A program made the translations under genes and the position numbers. Under the pieces are notes generated by a model. That model was not told the origin of the DNA, made no database searches, and saw only the letters and a list, made by a program, of their open reading frames with translations. A stretch of DNA of 64,000 nucleotides from the human T2T-CHM13v2.0 reference genome, Homo sapiens, in assembly GCF_009914755.1 (NCBI RefSeq), contig NC_060928.1. The stretch is one strand, 5' to 3'. Shown in pieces: positions 14,901 to 29,471 of the stretch (position 1 is the stretch's first letter; every line of letters starts with the position of its first letter).

Positions 14901-16756
14901 GTTTGGGTACTTTGGTATATTATGTACTGTATATAATACATACTTTGGGTACTTTGATATTTTATGTACAGTATATAATACATACTTTGGGTACTTTGAT
15001 ATTTTATGTACAGTATACAATATATACTTTGACTACTTTGATATTTTATGTCCAGTATAGAATATATAGTTTTGGTAGTTTGATATTTTATGTACAGTAT
15101 ATAGTTTGAGTACATGGATATTTTATGTACACTTTATTATAAATGTTTGGATACTTTCATATTTTATGTACAGTATTTAATACATACTTTGGGCACTTTG
15201 ATATTTTATGTACAGTATACAATACATACTTTGTGTACTTTGATATTTTATTTACAGTATATAATACATAATTTGGGTACTTTGATATTTTATGTACAGT
15301 ATATAATGCATACTTTGGGTACTTTGATGTTTTATGTACAGTATATAATACATACTTAGGGTACTTTGACATTTTATGTGCAGTACATAATACATACTTT
15401 GGATACTTTGTTATTTTAAATACAGTATGTAATACATATTTTGGGTACTTTGATATTTTATGTACAGTATATAATACATACTTTGGTACTTTTATATTTC
15501 ATGTACAGTATATAATATATAGTTTGGGTACTTTGATATTTTATGTACAGTATATAATACATAGTTTGGGTATTTTGATATTTTATGTACAGTATATAAT
15601 ACATACTTTGGGTACTTTGATATTTTATGTACAGTATATAATATATAGTTTGGGTACTTTGATAATTTATGTGCAGTATATAACACATACTTTCGGTAGT
15701 TGGATATTTTATGTACAGTATATAATACATACTTTGGGTACTTCGATATTTGATGTACAGTATACTATATATAGTTTGGGTACTTTGATATTTTATGTCG
15801 GGTACAAAATAAATAGTTTTGGTACTTAGATATTTTATGTACAGTATATAGTTTGAGTACTTTGATATTTTATGTACAGTTTATTATTAATGGGTGCTTT
15901 CATATTTTATGTACAGTATATAATACATACTATGGGCACTTTGATATTTTATGTACAGTATATAATACATAATTTGGGTACTTTGATATTTTATATACAC
16001 TACATAATACATACTTTGGGTACTTTGATATTTTATGTACAGTACATAATATATAGTTTGGGTACTTTGATATTGTATGTGCAGTATATAACACATACTT
16101 TCGGTACTTGGATATTTTATGTACAGTATATAATACATAATTTGGGTACTTCCATATTTTATGTACAGTATGCTATATATACTTTGGGTACTTTGATATT
16201 TTATGTCCAGTATAAAATAAAAAGTTTTGGTAATTCGATATTTTATGTACAGTGTATCGTTTGAGTACTTTGATATTTAATGTACAGTTTATTATAAATG
16301 TTCAGGTGCTTTCATATTTTATGTACAGTATATAATACATACTTTGAGCACTTTGATATTTTATGTACAGTATATAATACATACTTTGGTCTCTTTGATG
16401 TTTTATGTACAGTATATAATACATACTTTGGGTTCTTTGATATTTTATGTGCAGAATATAATGCATAGTTTTAGGTACTTTTATATTTTATGTACAGTAT
16501 ATAATACATACTTTGGGTACTTTGATATTTTATGTACAGTATATAATACATACTTTGGGTACTTTGATATTTTATGTACAGTATATAATACATATTATTG
16601 GTACTTTGATATTTTATGTACAGTATACAATATATAGTTTGAGTACTTTGATATTTTATGTCCAGTATAAAATACATAGATTTCATACTTTGATATTTTA
16701 TGTACAGAATATAGTTTGAGTACTTTGATATTTTATGTACACTTTATCATAAAAGT
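11981..16756 (+). repeat. 4776-bp HOR copy 2
   Basis: Starts at 11981, 13527, 13981, 15147, 15890, 16302; near-identical to 7205-11980. Confidence 0.88.
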
Positions 16757-18553
16757 TTGGGTACTTTCATATTTTACGTACAGTATATAATACATACTTT
16801 GGGCACTTTGATGTTTTATGTACAGTATATAATACATACTTTGGGTTCTTTGATATGTTATGTACAGCATATAGTACATAATTTGGGGACTTTTATATTT
16901 TATGTACATTATATAATACATACTTTGGGTACTTTTATATTTTATGTACGGTATATAATACATACTTTGGGTACTTTGGTATATTATGTACAGTATATAA
17001 TACATACTTTGGGTACTTTGATATATTATGTACAGTATATAATACATACTTAGGGTACTTTGACATTTTATGTACAGTACATAATACATACTTTGGGTAC
17101 TTTGATATTTTATGTACAGTATATAATACATACTTTGGGTACTTTGATATTTTATGTACAGTATATAATACATGTTTTGGGTACTTTTACATTTTATGTA
17201 CAGTATATAATATATAGTTTGGGTACTTTGATATTTTATGTACGGTATATAATACATACTTTGGGTACTCTGATATTTTATGTACAGTATATAATACATA
17301 CTTTGGGTACTTTGATAATTTATGTACAGTATATAATACATACTTTGGGTACTTTGATATTTAATGTACAGTATATAATACACACTTTGCGTACTTTGAT
17401 ATTTTATGTAAAGTATGTAATACATACTTTGGGTACTTTGATATTTTATGTACAGTATGTAATACACGCTTTGGGTACTTTGATATTTTATGTAGAGTAT
17501 GTAAAACATACTTTGGGTAGTTTGGTATTTTATGATCAGTATATAATACATATTTTGGGTACTTTGATATTTTATGTACAGTATATAATACATATTATTG
17601 GTACTTTGATATTTTATGTACAGTATACAATATATAGTTTGAGTACTTTGATATTTTATGTCCAGTATAAAATACATAGATTTCATACTTTGATATTTTA
17701 TGTACAGAATATAGTTTGAGTACTTTGATATTTTATGTACACTTTATCATAAAAGTTTGGGTACTTTCATATTTTACGTACAGTATATAATACATACTTT
17801 GGGCACTTTGATGTTTTATGTACAGTATATAATACATACTTTGGGTCCTTTGATATGTTATGTACAGCATATAGTACATAATTTGGGGACTTTTATATTT
17901 TATGTACATTATATAATACATACTTTGGGTACTTTTATATTTTATGTACGGTATATAATACATACTTTGGGTACTTTGATATATTATGTACAGTATATAA
18001 TACATACTTTGGGTACTTTGATATATTATGTACAGTATATAATACATACTTAGGGTACTTTGACATTTTATGTACAGTACATAATACATACTTTGGGTAC
18101 TTTGATATTTTATGTACAGTATATAATACATACTTTGGGTACTTTGATATTTTATGTACAGTATATAATACATGTTTTGGGTACTTTTACATTTTATGTA
18201 CAGTATATAATATATAGTTTGGGTACTTTGATATTTTATGTACGGTATATAATACATACTTTGGGTACTTTGATATTTTATGTACAGTATATAATACATA
18301 CTTTGGGTACTTTGATATTTTATGTACAGTATATAATACATACTTTGGGTACTTTGATATTTAATGTACAGTATATAATACACACTTTGCGTACTTTGAT
18401 ATTTTATGTAAAGTATGTAATACATACTTTGGGTACTTTGATATTTTATGTACAGTATGTAATACACGCTTTGGGTACTTTGATATTTTATGTAGAGTAT
18501 GTAAAACATACTTTGGGTAGTTTGGTATTTTATGATCAGTATATAATACATAT
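16554..18553 (+). repeat. Local tandem repeat with 1000-bp period (A tail + B head, two copies)
   Basis: B starts at 16757 and 17757; the A-tail markers CATATTATTGG and ATACATAGATTTCATAC recur at +1000 (1000 = 76 + 22x42). Confidence 0.85.
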
Positions 18554-21040
18554 TTTGGGTACTTTGATATTTTATGTACAGTATATAATACCTACTTTGG
18601 GTACTTTGATATTTTATGTACAGTATATAATGCATAATTTGGGTACTTCAATAGTATATGCACAGTATATAATACATACTTTGGGTAATTTGATATTTTA
18701 TGTACAGTATATAATGCATACTTTGGGTACTTTGATAGTTTATGTGCAGTATACAATACATACTTTAGGTACTTTGATATTTTATGTACAGTATATAATA
18801 TGTAGTTTGGGTACTTTGATATTTTAACTACAGTATATAATACGTACTTTGATATTTTATCTACAGTATATAATAGATACTTTGGGTACTTTGATATATT
18901 ATGTACAGTATATAATACATAGTTTGGTTACTTTGATATTTTTTGTACAGTATGTAAAACATACTTTGGGGAGTTTGATATTTTATGAACAGTATATAAT
19001 ACACATTTTGGGTACTTTGATATTTTATGTACGGTATATAATACATACTTTGTGTACTTTGATATTTTATGTACAGTATATAATTCATACTTTGGGTACT
19101 TTGATATTTTATGTACAGTATATAATACATACTTTGGGTACTTTGATATTTTATGAACAGTATATAATACATACTTTGGGTACTTTGATATTTTATGTAC
19201 TGTATATAATACATACTTTGGGTACTTTTATATTTTATGTACAGTATATAATATATAGTTTGGGTACTTTGATATTTTATGTACGGTATATAATACATAC
19301 TTTGGGTACTTTGATATTTTATGTATAGTATATAATACATACTAAGCGCACTTTGATATTTTATGTACAGTATATAATACATACTTTGGTTACTCTGATA
19401 TTTTATGTACAGTGTATAATACATACTTTGGGTACTTTGATATTTTATGTATAGTATATAGTTTGAGTACTTTGATATTTTATGTACAGTTTTTTATAAA
19501 TATTTGGGTGCTTTCATATTTTATGTACAGTATATAATACATACTAAGCGCACTTTGATATTTTATGTACAGTATATAATACATACTTTGGTTACTCTGA
19601 TATTTTATGTACAGTGTATAATACATACTTTGGGTACTTTGATATTTTATGTACAATATATAATACATACGTTGGGAACTTTGATATATTATGTACATTA
19701 TATAATTCATACTTTGGGTACTTTGATATTTTATGTACAGTATATAATACATAGTTTGTGTACTTTGATATTTTATGTACAGTATATAATACATACTTTG
19801 GGTACTTTGATATTTTATATACAGTATATAATACATACTTTGGGTACTTTCATATTTTATGTACAGTATATAATATATAGTTTGGGTACTTTGATATTTT
19901 ATCTACAGCTGATAATACATACTTTGGGTACTTTGATATTTTATATACAGTATATAATACATACTTTGGGTAGTTTGATATTTTATGTACAGTATACAAT
20001 ATATAGTTTGAGTACTTTGATATTTTATGTGCAGTATAAAATATATAGTTTTGGTACTTTGATATTTTATGTACAGTTTATAGTTTGAGTACTTTGATAT
20101 TTTATGTACAGTTTATTATAAATGTTTGGGTACTTTCATATTTGATGTACAGTATTTAATACATAATTTGGGCACTTTGATATTTTATGTACAGTATATA
20201 ATACATACTTTGGGTACTTTTCTATTTTATGCACAGTATATAATACATACTTTGTTTACTTTGATATTTAATGTACAGTATATAATACACAGTTTGCGTA
20301 CTTTGATATTTTATGTAAAGCATGTAATACATAATTTGGGCAGTTTGATATTTTATGTACAGTATGTAATACACACTTTGGATACTTTGATATTTTATGT
20401 ACAGTATGTAAAACATACTTTGGGTAGTTTGATATATTATGTACAGTATATAATGCATACTTTGGGTACTCTGATATTTTATGTACAGTGTATAATACGT
20501 ACTTTGGGTACTTTGATATTTTATGTACAGTATATAATACATACATTGGGTACTTTGATATATTATGTACAGTATATAATACTTACTTGGGGTACTTTGA
20601 TATTTTATGTACAGTATATAATACATACTTTGTGTACTTTGATATTTTATGTACAGTATATAATACATACTTTGGGTACTTTGATATTTTATGTACAGTA
20701 TATAATACATACTTTGGGTATCTTGATATTTTATGTACAGCATATAATGCATACTTTGGGTACTTTGATATTTTATGTACAGTATATAATGCATACTTTG
20801 AGTACTTTGATATTTTATGTACAGTATGTAATACATACTTTGGGTACTTTGATATTTTATGTATAGTATATAATACATACTTTGTGTAGTTTGATATTTT
20901 ATGTACAGTATACAATATATAGTTTGAGTACTTTGATATTTTATGTCCAGTATAAAATGTATACTTTTCCTAATTGATATTTTATGTACAGAATATAGTT
21001 TGAGTACTTTGATATTTTATGTACACTTTATTATAAATGT

Positions 21041-24000
21041 TTGGGTACTTTCATATTTTATGTACAGTATATAATACATACTTTGGTCTCTTTGATGTTT
21101 TATATACAGTATATAATACATACTTTGGGTTCTTTGATATTTTATGTGCAGAATATAATGCATAGTTTTAGGTACTTTTATATTTTATGTACAGTATATA
21201 ATACATACTTTGGGTACTTTGATATTTTATGTACAGTATATAATACATACTTTGGGAACTTTGATATTTTATGTACAGTATGTAATACATACTTTGGGTA
21301 CTTTGATATTTTATGTACAGTATACAATATATAGTTTGAGTACTTTGATATTTTATGTCCAGTATAAAATACATAGATTTCATACTTTGATATTTTATGT
21401 ACAGAATATAGTTTGAGTACTTTGATATTTTATGTACACTTTATCATAAAAGTTTGGGTACTTTCATATTTTACGTACAGTATATAATACATACTTTGGG
21501 CACTTTGATGTTTTATGTACAGTATATAATATATACTTTGGGTTCTTTGATATGTTATGTACAGCATATAATACATAATTTGGGGACTTTTATATTTTAT
21601 GTACATTATATAATACATACTTTGGGTACTTTTATATTTTATGTACGGTATATAATACATACTTTGGGTACTTTGATATATTATGTACAGTATATAATAC
21701 ATACTTTGGGTACTTTGATATATTATGTACAGTATATAATACATACTTAGGGTACTTTGACATTTTATGTACAGTACATAATACATACCTTGGGTACTTT
21801 GATATTTTATGTACAGTATATAATACATACTTTGGGTACTTTGATATTTTATGTACAGTATATAATACATGTTTTGGGTACTTTTATATTTTATGTACAG
21901 TATATAATATATAGTTTGGGTACTTTGATATTTTATGTACGGTATATAATACATACTTTGGGTACTTTGATATTTTATGTTCAGTATATAATACATACTT
22001 TGGGTACTTTGATATTTTATGTAAAGTATATAATACATACTTTGGGTACTTTGATATTTAATGTACAGTATATAATACACACTTTGCGTACTTTGATATT
22101 TTATGTAAAGTATGTAATACATACTTTGGGTACTTTGATATTTTATGTACAGTATGTAATACACGCTTTGGGTACTTTGATATTTTATGTAGAGTATGTA
22201 AAACATACTTTGGGTAGTTTGGTATTTTATGATCAGTATATAATACATATTTTGGGTACTTTGATATTTTATGTACAGTATATAATACATACTTTGGGTA
22301 CTTTGATATTTTATGTACAGTATATAATGCATAATTTGGGTACTTCAATAGTTTATGCACAGTATATAATACATACTTTGGGTAATTTGATATTTTATGT
22401 ACAGTATATAATGCATACTTTGGGTACTTTGATAGTTTATGTACAGTATACAATACATACTTTGGGTACTTTGATATTTTATGTACAGTATATAATATGT
22501 AGTTTGGGTACTTTGATATTTTAACTACAGTATATAATACATACTTTGGGTACTTGGATATTTTATCTACAGTATATAATAGATACTTTGGGTACTTTGA
22601 TATATTATGTACAGTATATAATACATAGTTTGGTTACTTTGATATTTTTTGTACAGTATGTAAAACATAGTTTGGGGAGTTTGATATTTTATGAACAGTA
22701 TATAATACACATTTTGGGTACTTTGATATTTTATGTACGGTATATAATACATACTTTGGGTACTTTGATATTTTATGTACAGTATATAATTCATACTTTG
22801 GGTACTTTGATATTTTATGTACAGTATATAATACATACATTGGGTACTTCGATATTTTATGTGCAGTACCCTATATATAGTTTGGGTACTTTGATATTTT
22901 ATGTCCAGTATAAAATAAATAGTTTTGGTACTTTGATATTTTATATACAGTATATAGTTTGAGTACTTTGATATTTAATGTTCAGTTTATTATAAATGTT
23001 TGGGTGCTTTCATATTTTATATACAGTATATAATACATACTTTGGGCACTTTGATATTTTCTGTACAGTATATAATACATACTTTGGGTACTTTGATATT
23101 TTATGTACGGTATATAATACATACATTGGGTACTTTGATATTTTATGTACAGTATATAATATATAGTTTGGTTACTTTGATATTTTATATATAGTATATA
23201 ATATATATTATGTGTACTTTGATATATTATGTACAGTATATAATATATAGTATGGGTTGTTTGATATTTTATGTACAGTATATAATATATAGTTTGGGTA
23301 GTTTGATATTTTTAGTACAGTATGTAATATATAGTTTGTTTTATTTGATATTTTATGTACAGTATACAATATATAGTATTGGTACTTTGATATTTCATGT
23401 AAAGTATATAGTTTGAGTACTTTGATATTTTATATGCAGTTTATTATAAATGTTTGGGTACCTTCATATTTTATGTACAGTATATAATACATACTTTGGG
23501 AACTTTTATTTTATGTGCAGTATATAATACATACTTTGGGTACTTTGATATTTCATGTACAGTATATAATACACACTTTGGGTACTTTGATATTTTATGT
23601 ACAGTATATAATACACACTTTGGGTACTTTGATATTTTATGTACAGTATATAATACATACTTTGGGTACTTTGATGTATTATGTACAGTATATAATACAT
23701 ACTTTGGGTACTTTGATATTTTATGTACAGTATATAATACATACTTTGGGTACTTTGATATTTTATGTACAGTATGTAATACACACTTTGGGTACTTTGA
23801 TATTTTATGTACAGTATGTAAAACATACTTTGGGTAGTTTGATATATTATGTACAGTATATAATACATACTTTGGGTACTCTGATATTTTATGTACAGTG
23901 TATAATACATACTTTGGGTACTTTGATATTTTATGTACAGTATATAATACATACTTTGGGTACTTTGATATTTTATGTACAGTATATAATACTTACTTGG

Positions 24001-24324
24001 GGTATCTTGATATTTTATGTACAGTATATAATGCATACTTTGGGTACTTTGATATTTTATGTACAGTATATAATGCATACTTTGAGTACTTTGATATTTT
24101 ATGTACAGTATGTAATACATACTTTGGGTACTTTGATATTTTATGTATAGTATATAATACATACTTTGTGTAGTTTGATATTTTATGTACAGTATACAAT
24201 ATATAGTTTGAGTACTTTGATATTTTATGTCCAGTATAAAATATATAGTTTTCCTAATTGATATTTTATGTACAGAATATAGTTTGAGTACTTTGATATT
24301 TTATGTACACTTTATTATAAATGT
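21041..24324 (+). repeat. 3284-bp HOR copy
   Basis: Starts at 21041, 21454, 23000, 23454, next A at 24325. Confidence 0.88.
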
Positions 24325-24737
24325 TTGGGTAATTTCATATTTTATGTACAGTATATAATACATACTTTGGTCTCTTTGATGTTTTATGTACAGTATATAA
24401 TACATACTTTGGGTTCTTTGATATTTTATGTGCAGAATATAATGCATAGTTTTAGGTACTTTTATATTTTATGTACAGTATATAATACATACTTTGGGTA
24501 CTTTGATATTTTATGTACAGTATATAATACATACTTTGGGTACTTTGATATTTTATGTACAGTATATAATACATATTATTGGTACTTTGATATTTTATGT
24601 ACAGTATACAATATATAGTTTGAGTACTTTGATATTTTATGTCCAGTATAAAATACATAGATTTCATACTTTGATATTTTATGTACAGAATATAGTTTCA
24701 GTACTTTGATATTTTATGTACACTTTATCATAAAAGT

Positions 24738-27700
24738 TTGGGTACTTTCATATTTTACGTACAGTATATAATACATACTTTGGTCACTTTGATGTTTTAT
24801 GTACAGTATATAATACATACTTTGGGTTCTTTGATATGTTATGTACAGCATATAGTACATAATTTGGGGACTTTTATATTTTATGTACATTATATAATAC
24901 ATACTTTGGGTACTTTTATATTTTATGTACGGTATATAATACATACTTTGGGTACTTTGATATATTATGTACAGTATATAATACATACTTTGGGTACTTT
25001 GATATATTATGTACAGTATATAATACATACTTAGGGTACTTTGACATTTTATGTACAGTACATAATACATACTTTGGGTACTTTGATATTTTATGTACAG
25101 TATATAATACATACTTTGGGTACTTTGATATTTTATGTACAGTATATAATACATGTTTTGGGTACTTTTACATTTTATGTACAGTATATAATATATAGTT
25201 TGGGTACTTTGATATTTTATGTACGGTATATAATACATACTTTGGGTACTTTGATATTTTATGTACAGTATATAATACATACTTTGGGTACTTTGATAAT
25301 TTATGTACAGTATATAATACATACTTTGGGTACTTTGATATTTAATGTACAGTATATAATACACACTTTGCGTACTTTGATATTTTATGTAAAGTATGTA
25401 ATACATACTTTGGGTAGTTTGATATTTTATGTACAGTATGTAATACACGCTTTGGGTACTTTGATATTTTATGTAGAGTATCTAAAACATACTTTGGGTA
25501 GTTTGGTATTTTATGATCAGTATATAATACATATTTTGGGTACTTTGATATTTTATGTACAGTATATAATACATACTTTGGGTACTTTGATATTTTATGT
25601 ACAGTATATAATGCATAATTTGGGTACTTCAATAGTTTATGCACAGTATATAATACATACTTTGGGTAATTTGATATTTTATGTACAGTATATAATGCAT
25701 ACTTTGGGTACTTTGATAGTTTATGTACAGTATACAATACATACTTTGGGTACTTTGATATTTTATGTACAGTATATAATATGTAGTTTGGGTACTTTGA
25801 TATTTTAACTACAGTATATAATACATACTTTGGGTACTTTGATATTTTATCTACAGTATATAATAGATACTTTGGGTACTTTGATATATTATGTACAGTA
25901 TATAATACATAGTTTGGTTACTTTGATATTTTTTGTACAGTATGTAAAACATACTTTGGGGAGTTTGATATTTTATGAACAGTATATAATACACATTTTG
26001 GGTACTTTGATATTTTATGTACGGTATATAATACATACTTTGGGTACTTTGATATTTTATGTACAGTATATAGTTCATACTTTGGGTACTTTGATATTTT
26101 ATGTACAGTATATAATACATACATTGGGTACTTCGATATTTTATGTGCAGTACCCTATATATAGTTTGGGTACTTTGATATTTTATGTCCAGTATAAAAT
26201 AAATAGTTTTGGTACTTTGATATTTTATGTACAGTATATAGTTTGAGTACTTTGATATTTAATGTTCAGTTTATTATAAATGTTTGGGTGCTTTCATATT
26301 TTATATACAGTATATAATACATACTTTGGGCACTTTGATATTTTCTGTACAGTATATAATACATACTTTGGGTACTTTGATATTTTATGTATGGTATATA
26401 ATACATACATTGGGTACTTTGATATTTTATGTACAGTATATAATATATAGTTTGGTTACTTTGATATTTTATATACAGTATATAATATATATTATGTGTA
26501 CTTTGATATATTATGTACAGTATATAATATATAGTATGGGTTGTTTGATATTTTATGTACAGTATATAATATATAGTTTGGGTAGTTTGATATTTTTAGT
26601 ACAGTATGTAATATATAGTTTGTTTTATTTGGTATTTTATGTACAGTATACAATATATAGTATTGGTACTTTGATATTTCATGTAAAGTATATAGTTTGA
26701 GTACTTTGATATTTTATATGCAGTTTATTATAAATGTTTGGGTACCTTCATATTTTATGTACAGTATATAATACATACTTTGGGAACTTTTATTTTATGT
26801 GCAGTATATAATACATACTTTGGGTACTTTGATATTTCATGTACAGTATATAATACACACTTTGGGTACTTTGATATTTTATGTACAGTATATAATACAC
26901 ACTTTGGGTAGTTTGATATTTTATGTACAGTATATAATACATACTTTGGGTACTTTGATGTATTATGTACAGTATATAATACATACTTTGGGTACTTTGA
27001 TATTTTATGTACAGTATATAATACATACTTTGGGTACTTTGATATTTTATGTACAGTATGTAATACACACTTTGGGTACTTTGATATTTTATGTACAGTA
27101 TGTAAAACATACTTTGGGTAGTTTGATATATTATGTACAGTATATAATACATACTTTGTGTACTCTGATATTTTATGTACAGTGTATAATACATACTTTG
27201 GGTACTTTGATATTTTATGTACAGTATATAATACATACATTGGGTACTTTGATATATTATGTACAGTATATAATACTTACTTGGGGTATCTTGATATTTT
27301 ATGTACAGTATATAATGCATACTTTGGGTACTTTGATATTTTATGTACAGTATATAATGCATACTTTGAGTACTTTGATATTTTATGTACAGTATGTAAT
27401 ACATACTTTGGGTACTTTGATATTTTATGTACAGTATATAATACATACTTTGGGTACTTTGATATTTTATGTACAGTATATAATATATAGTTTGGGTACT
27501 TTGATAATTTATGTACAGTGTATAACACATACTTTGGGTACTTTGATATTTTATGTACAGTATATAATACATACTTTGGGTACTTTGATATTTTATATAC
27601 AGTATATAATACATACTTTGGGTACTTTCATATTTCATGTACAGTTTATAATATATAGTTTGGGTACTTTGGTATATTATGTACTGTATATAATACATAC

Positions 27701-29471
27701 TTTGGGTACTTTGATATTTTATGTACAGTATATAATACATACTTTGGGTACTTTGATATTTTATGTACAGTATACAATATATACTTTGACTACTTTGATA
27801 TTTTATGTCCAGTATAGAATATATAGTTTTGGTAGTTTGATATTTTATGTACAGTATATAGTTTGAGTACATTGATATTTTATGTACACTTTATTATAAA
27901 TGTTTGGATACTTTCATATTTTATGTACAGTATTTAATACATACTTTGGGCACTTTGATATTTTATGTACAGTATACAATACATACTTTGGGTTCTTTGA
28001 TATTTTATTTACAGTATATAATACATAATTTGGGTACTTTGATATTTTATTTACAGTATATAATGCATACTTTGGGTACTTTGATGTTTTATGTACAGTA
28101 TATAATACATACTTAGGGTACTTTGACATTTTATGTGCAGTACATAATACATACTTTGGATACTTTGTTATTTTAAATACAGTATGTAATACATATTTTG
28201 GGTACTTTGATATTTTATGTACAGTATATAATACATACTTTGGTACTTTTATATTTCATGTACAGTATATAATATATAGTTTGAGTACTTTGATATTTTA
28301 TGTACAGTATATAATACATAGTTTGGGTATTTTGATATTTTATGTACAGTATATAATACATACTTTGGGTACTTTGATATTTTATGTACAGTATATAATA
28401 TATAGTTTGGGTACTTTGATAATTTATGTGCAGTATATAACACATACTTTCGGTAGTTGGATATTTTATGTACAGTATATAATACATACTTTGGGTACTT
28501 CGATATTTGATGTACAGTATACTATATATAGTTTGGGTACTTTGATATTTTATGTCGGGTACAAAATAAATAGTTTTGGTACTTAGATATTTTATGTACA
28601 GTATATAGTTTGAGTACTTTGATATTTTATGTACAGTTTATTATTAATGGGTGCTTTCATATTTTATGTACAGTATATAATACATACTATGGGCACTTTG
28701 ATATTTTATGTACAGTATATAATACATAATTTGGGTACTTTGATATTTTATATACACTACATAATACATACTTTGGGTACTTTGATATTTTATGTACAGT
28801 ACATAATATATAGTTTGGGTACTTTGATATTGTATGTGCAGTATATAACACATACTTTCGGTACTTGGATATTTTATGTACAGTATATAATACATAATTT
28901 GGGTACTTCCATATTTTATGTACAGTATGCTATATATACTTTGGGTACTTTGATATTTTATGTCCAGTATAAAATAAAAAGTTTTGGTAATTCGATATTT
29001 TATGTACAGTGTATCGTTTGAGTACTTTGATATTTTATGTACACTTTATTATAAATGTTTGGGTAATTTCATATTTTATGTACAGTATATAATACATACT
29101 TTGGTCTCTTTGATGTTTTATGTACAGTATATAATACATACTTTGGGTTCTTTGATATTTTATGTGCAGAATATAATGCATAGTTTTAGGTACTTTTATA
29201 TTTTATGTACAGTATATAATACATACTTTGGGTACTTTGATATTTTATGTACAGTATATAATACATACTTTGGGTACTTTGATATTTTATGTACAGTATA
29301 TAATACATATTATTGGTACTTTGATATTTTATGTACAGTATACAATATATAGTTTGAGTACTTTGATATTTTATGTCCAGTATAAAATACATAGATTTCA
29401 TACTTTGATATTTTATGTACAGAATATAGTTTGAGTACTTTGATATTTTATGTACACTTTATCATAAAAGT
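24738..29471 (+). repeat. 4734-bp HOR variant (4776 minus the G-head monomer; F joins A directly)
   Basis: Starts at 24738, 26284, 26738, 27904, 28647, 29059, next B at 29472. The TTCAGGTGCT G head seen at 11525 is absent. Confidence 0.85.

Noticed and set aside
16757-17757. Exact 1000-bp period as evidence of a synthetic or assembly artefact
   Set aside because: 1000 = 76+22x42 fits the cassette rule, and the two copies differ at several natural marker sites.
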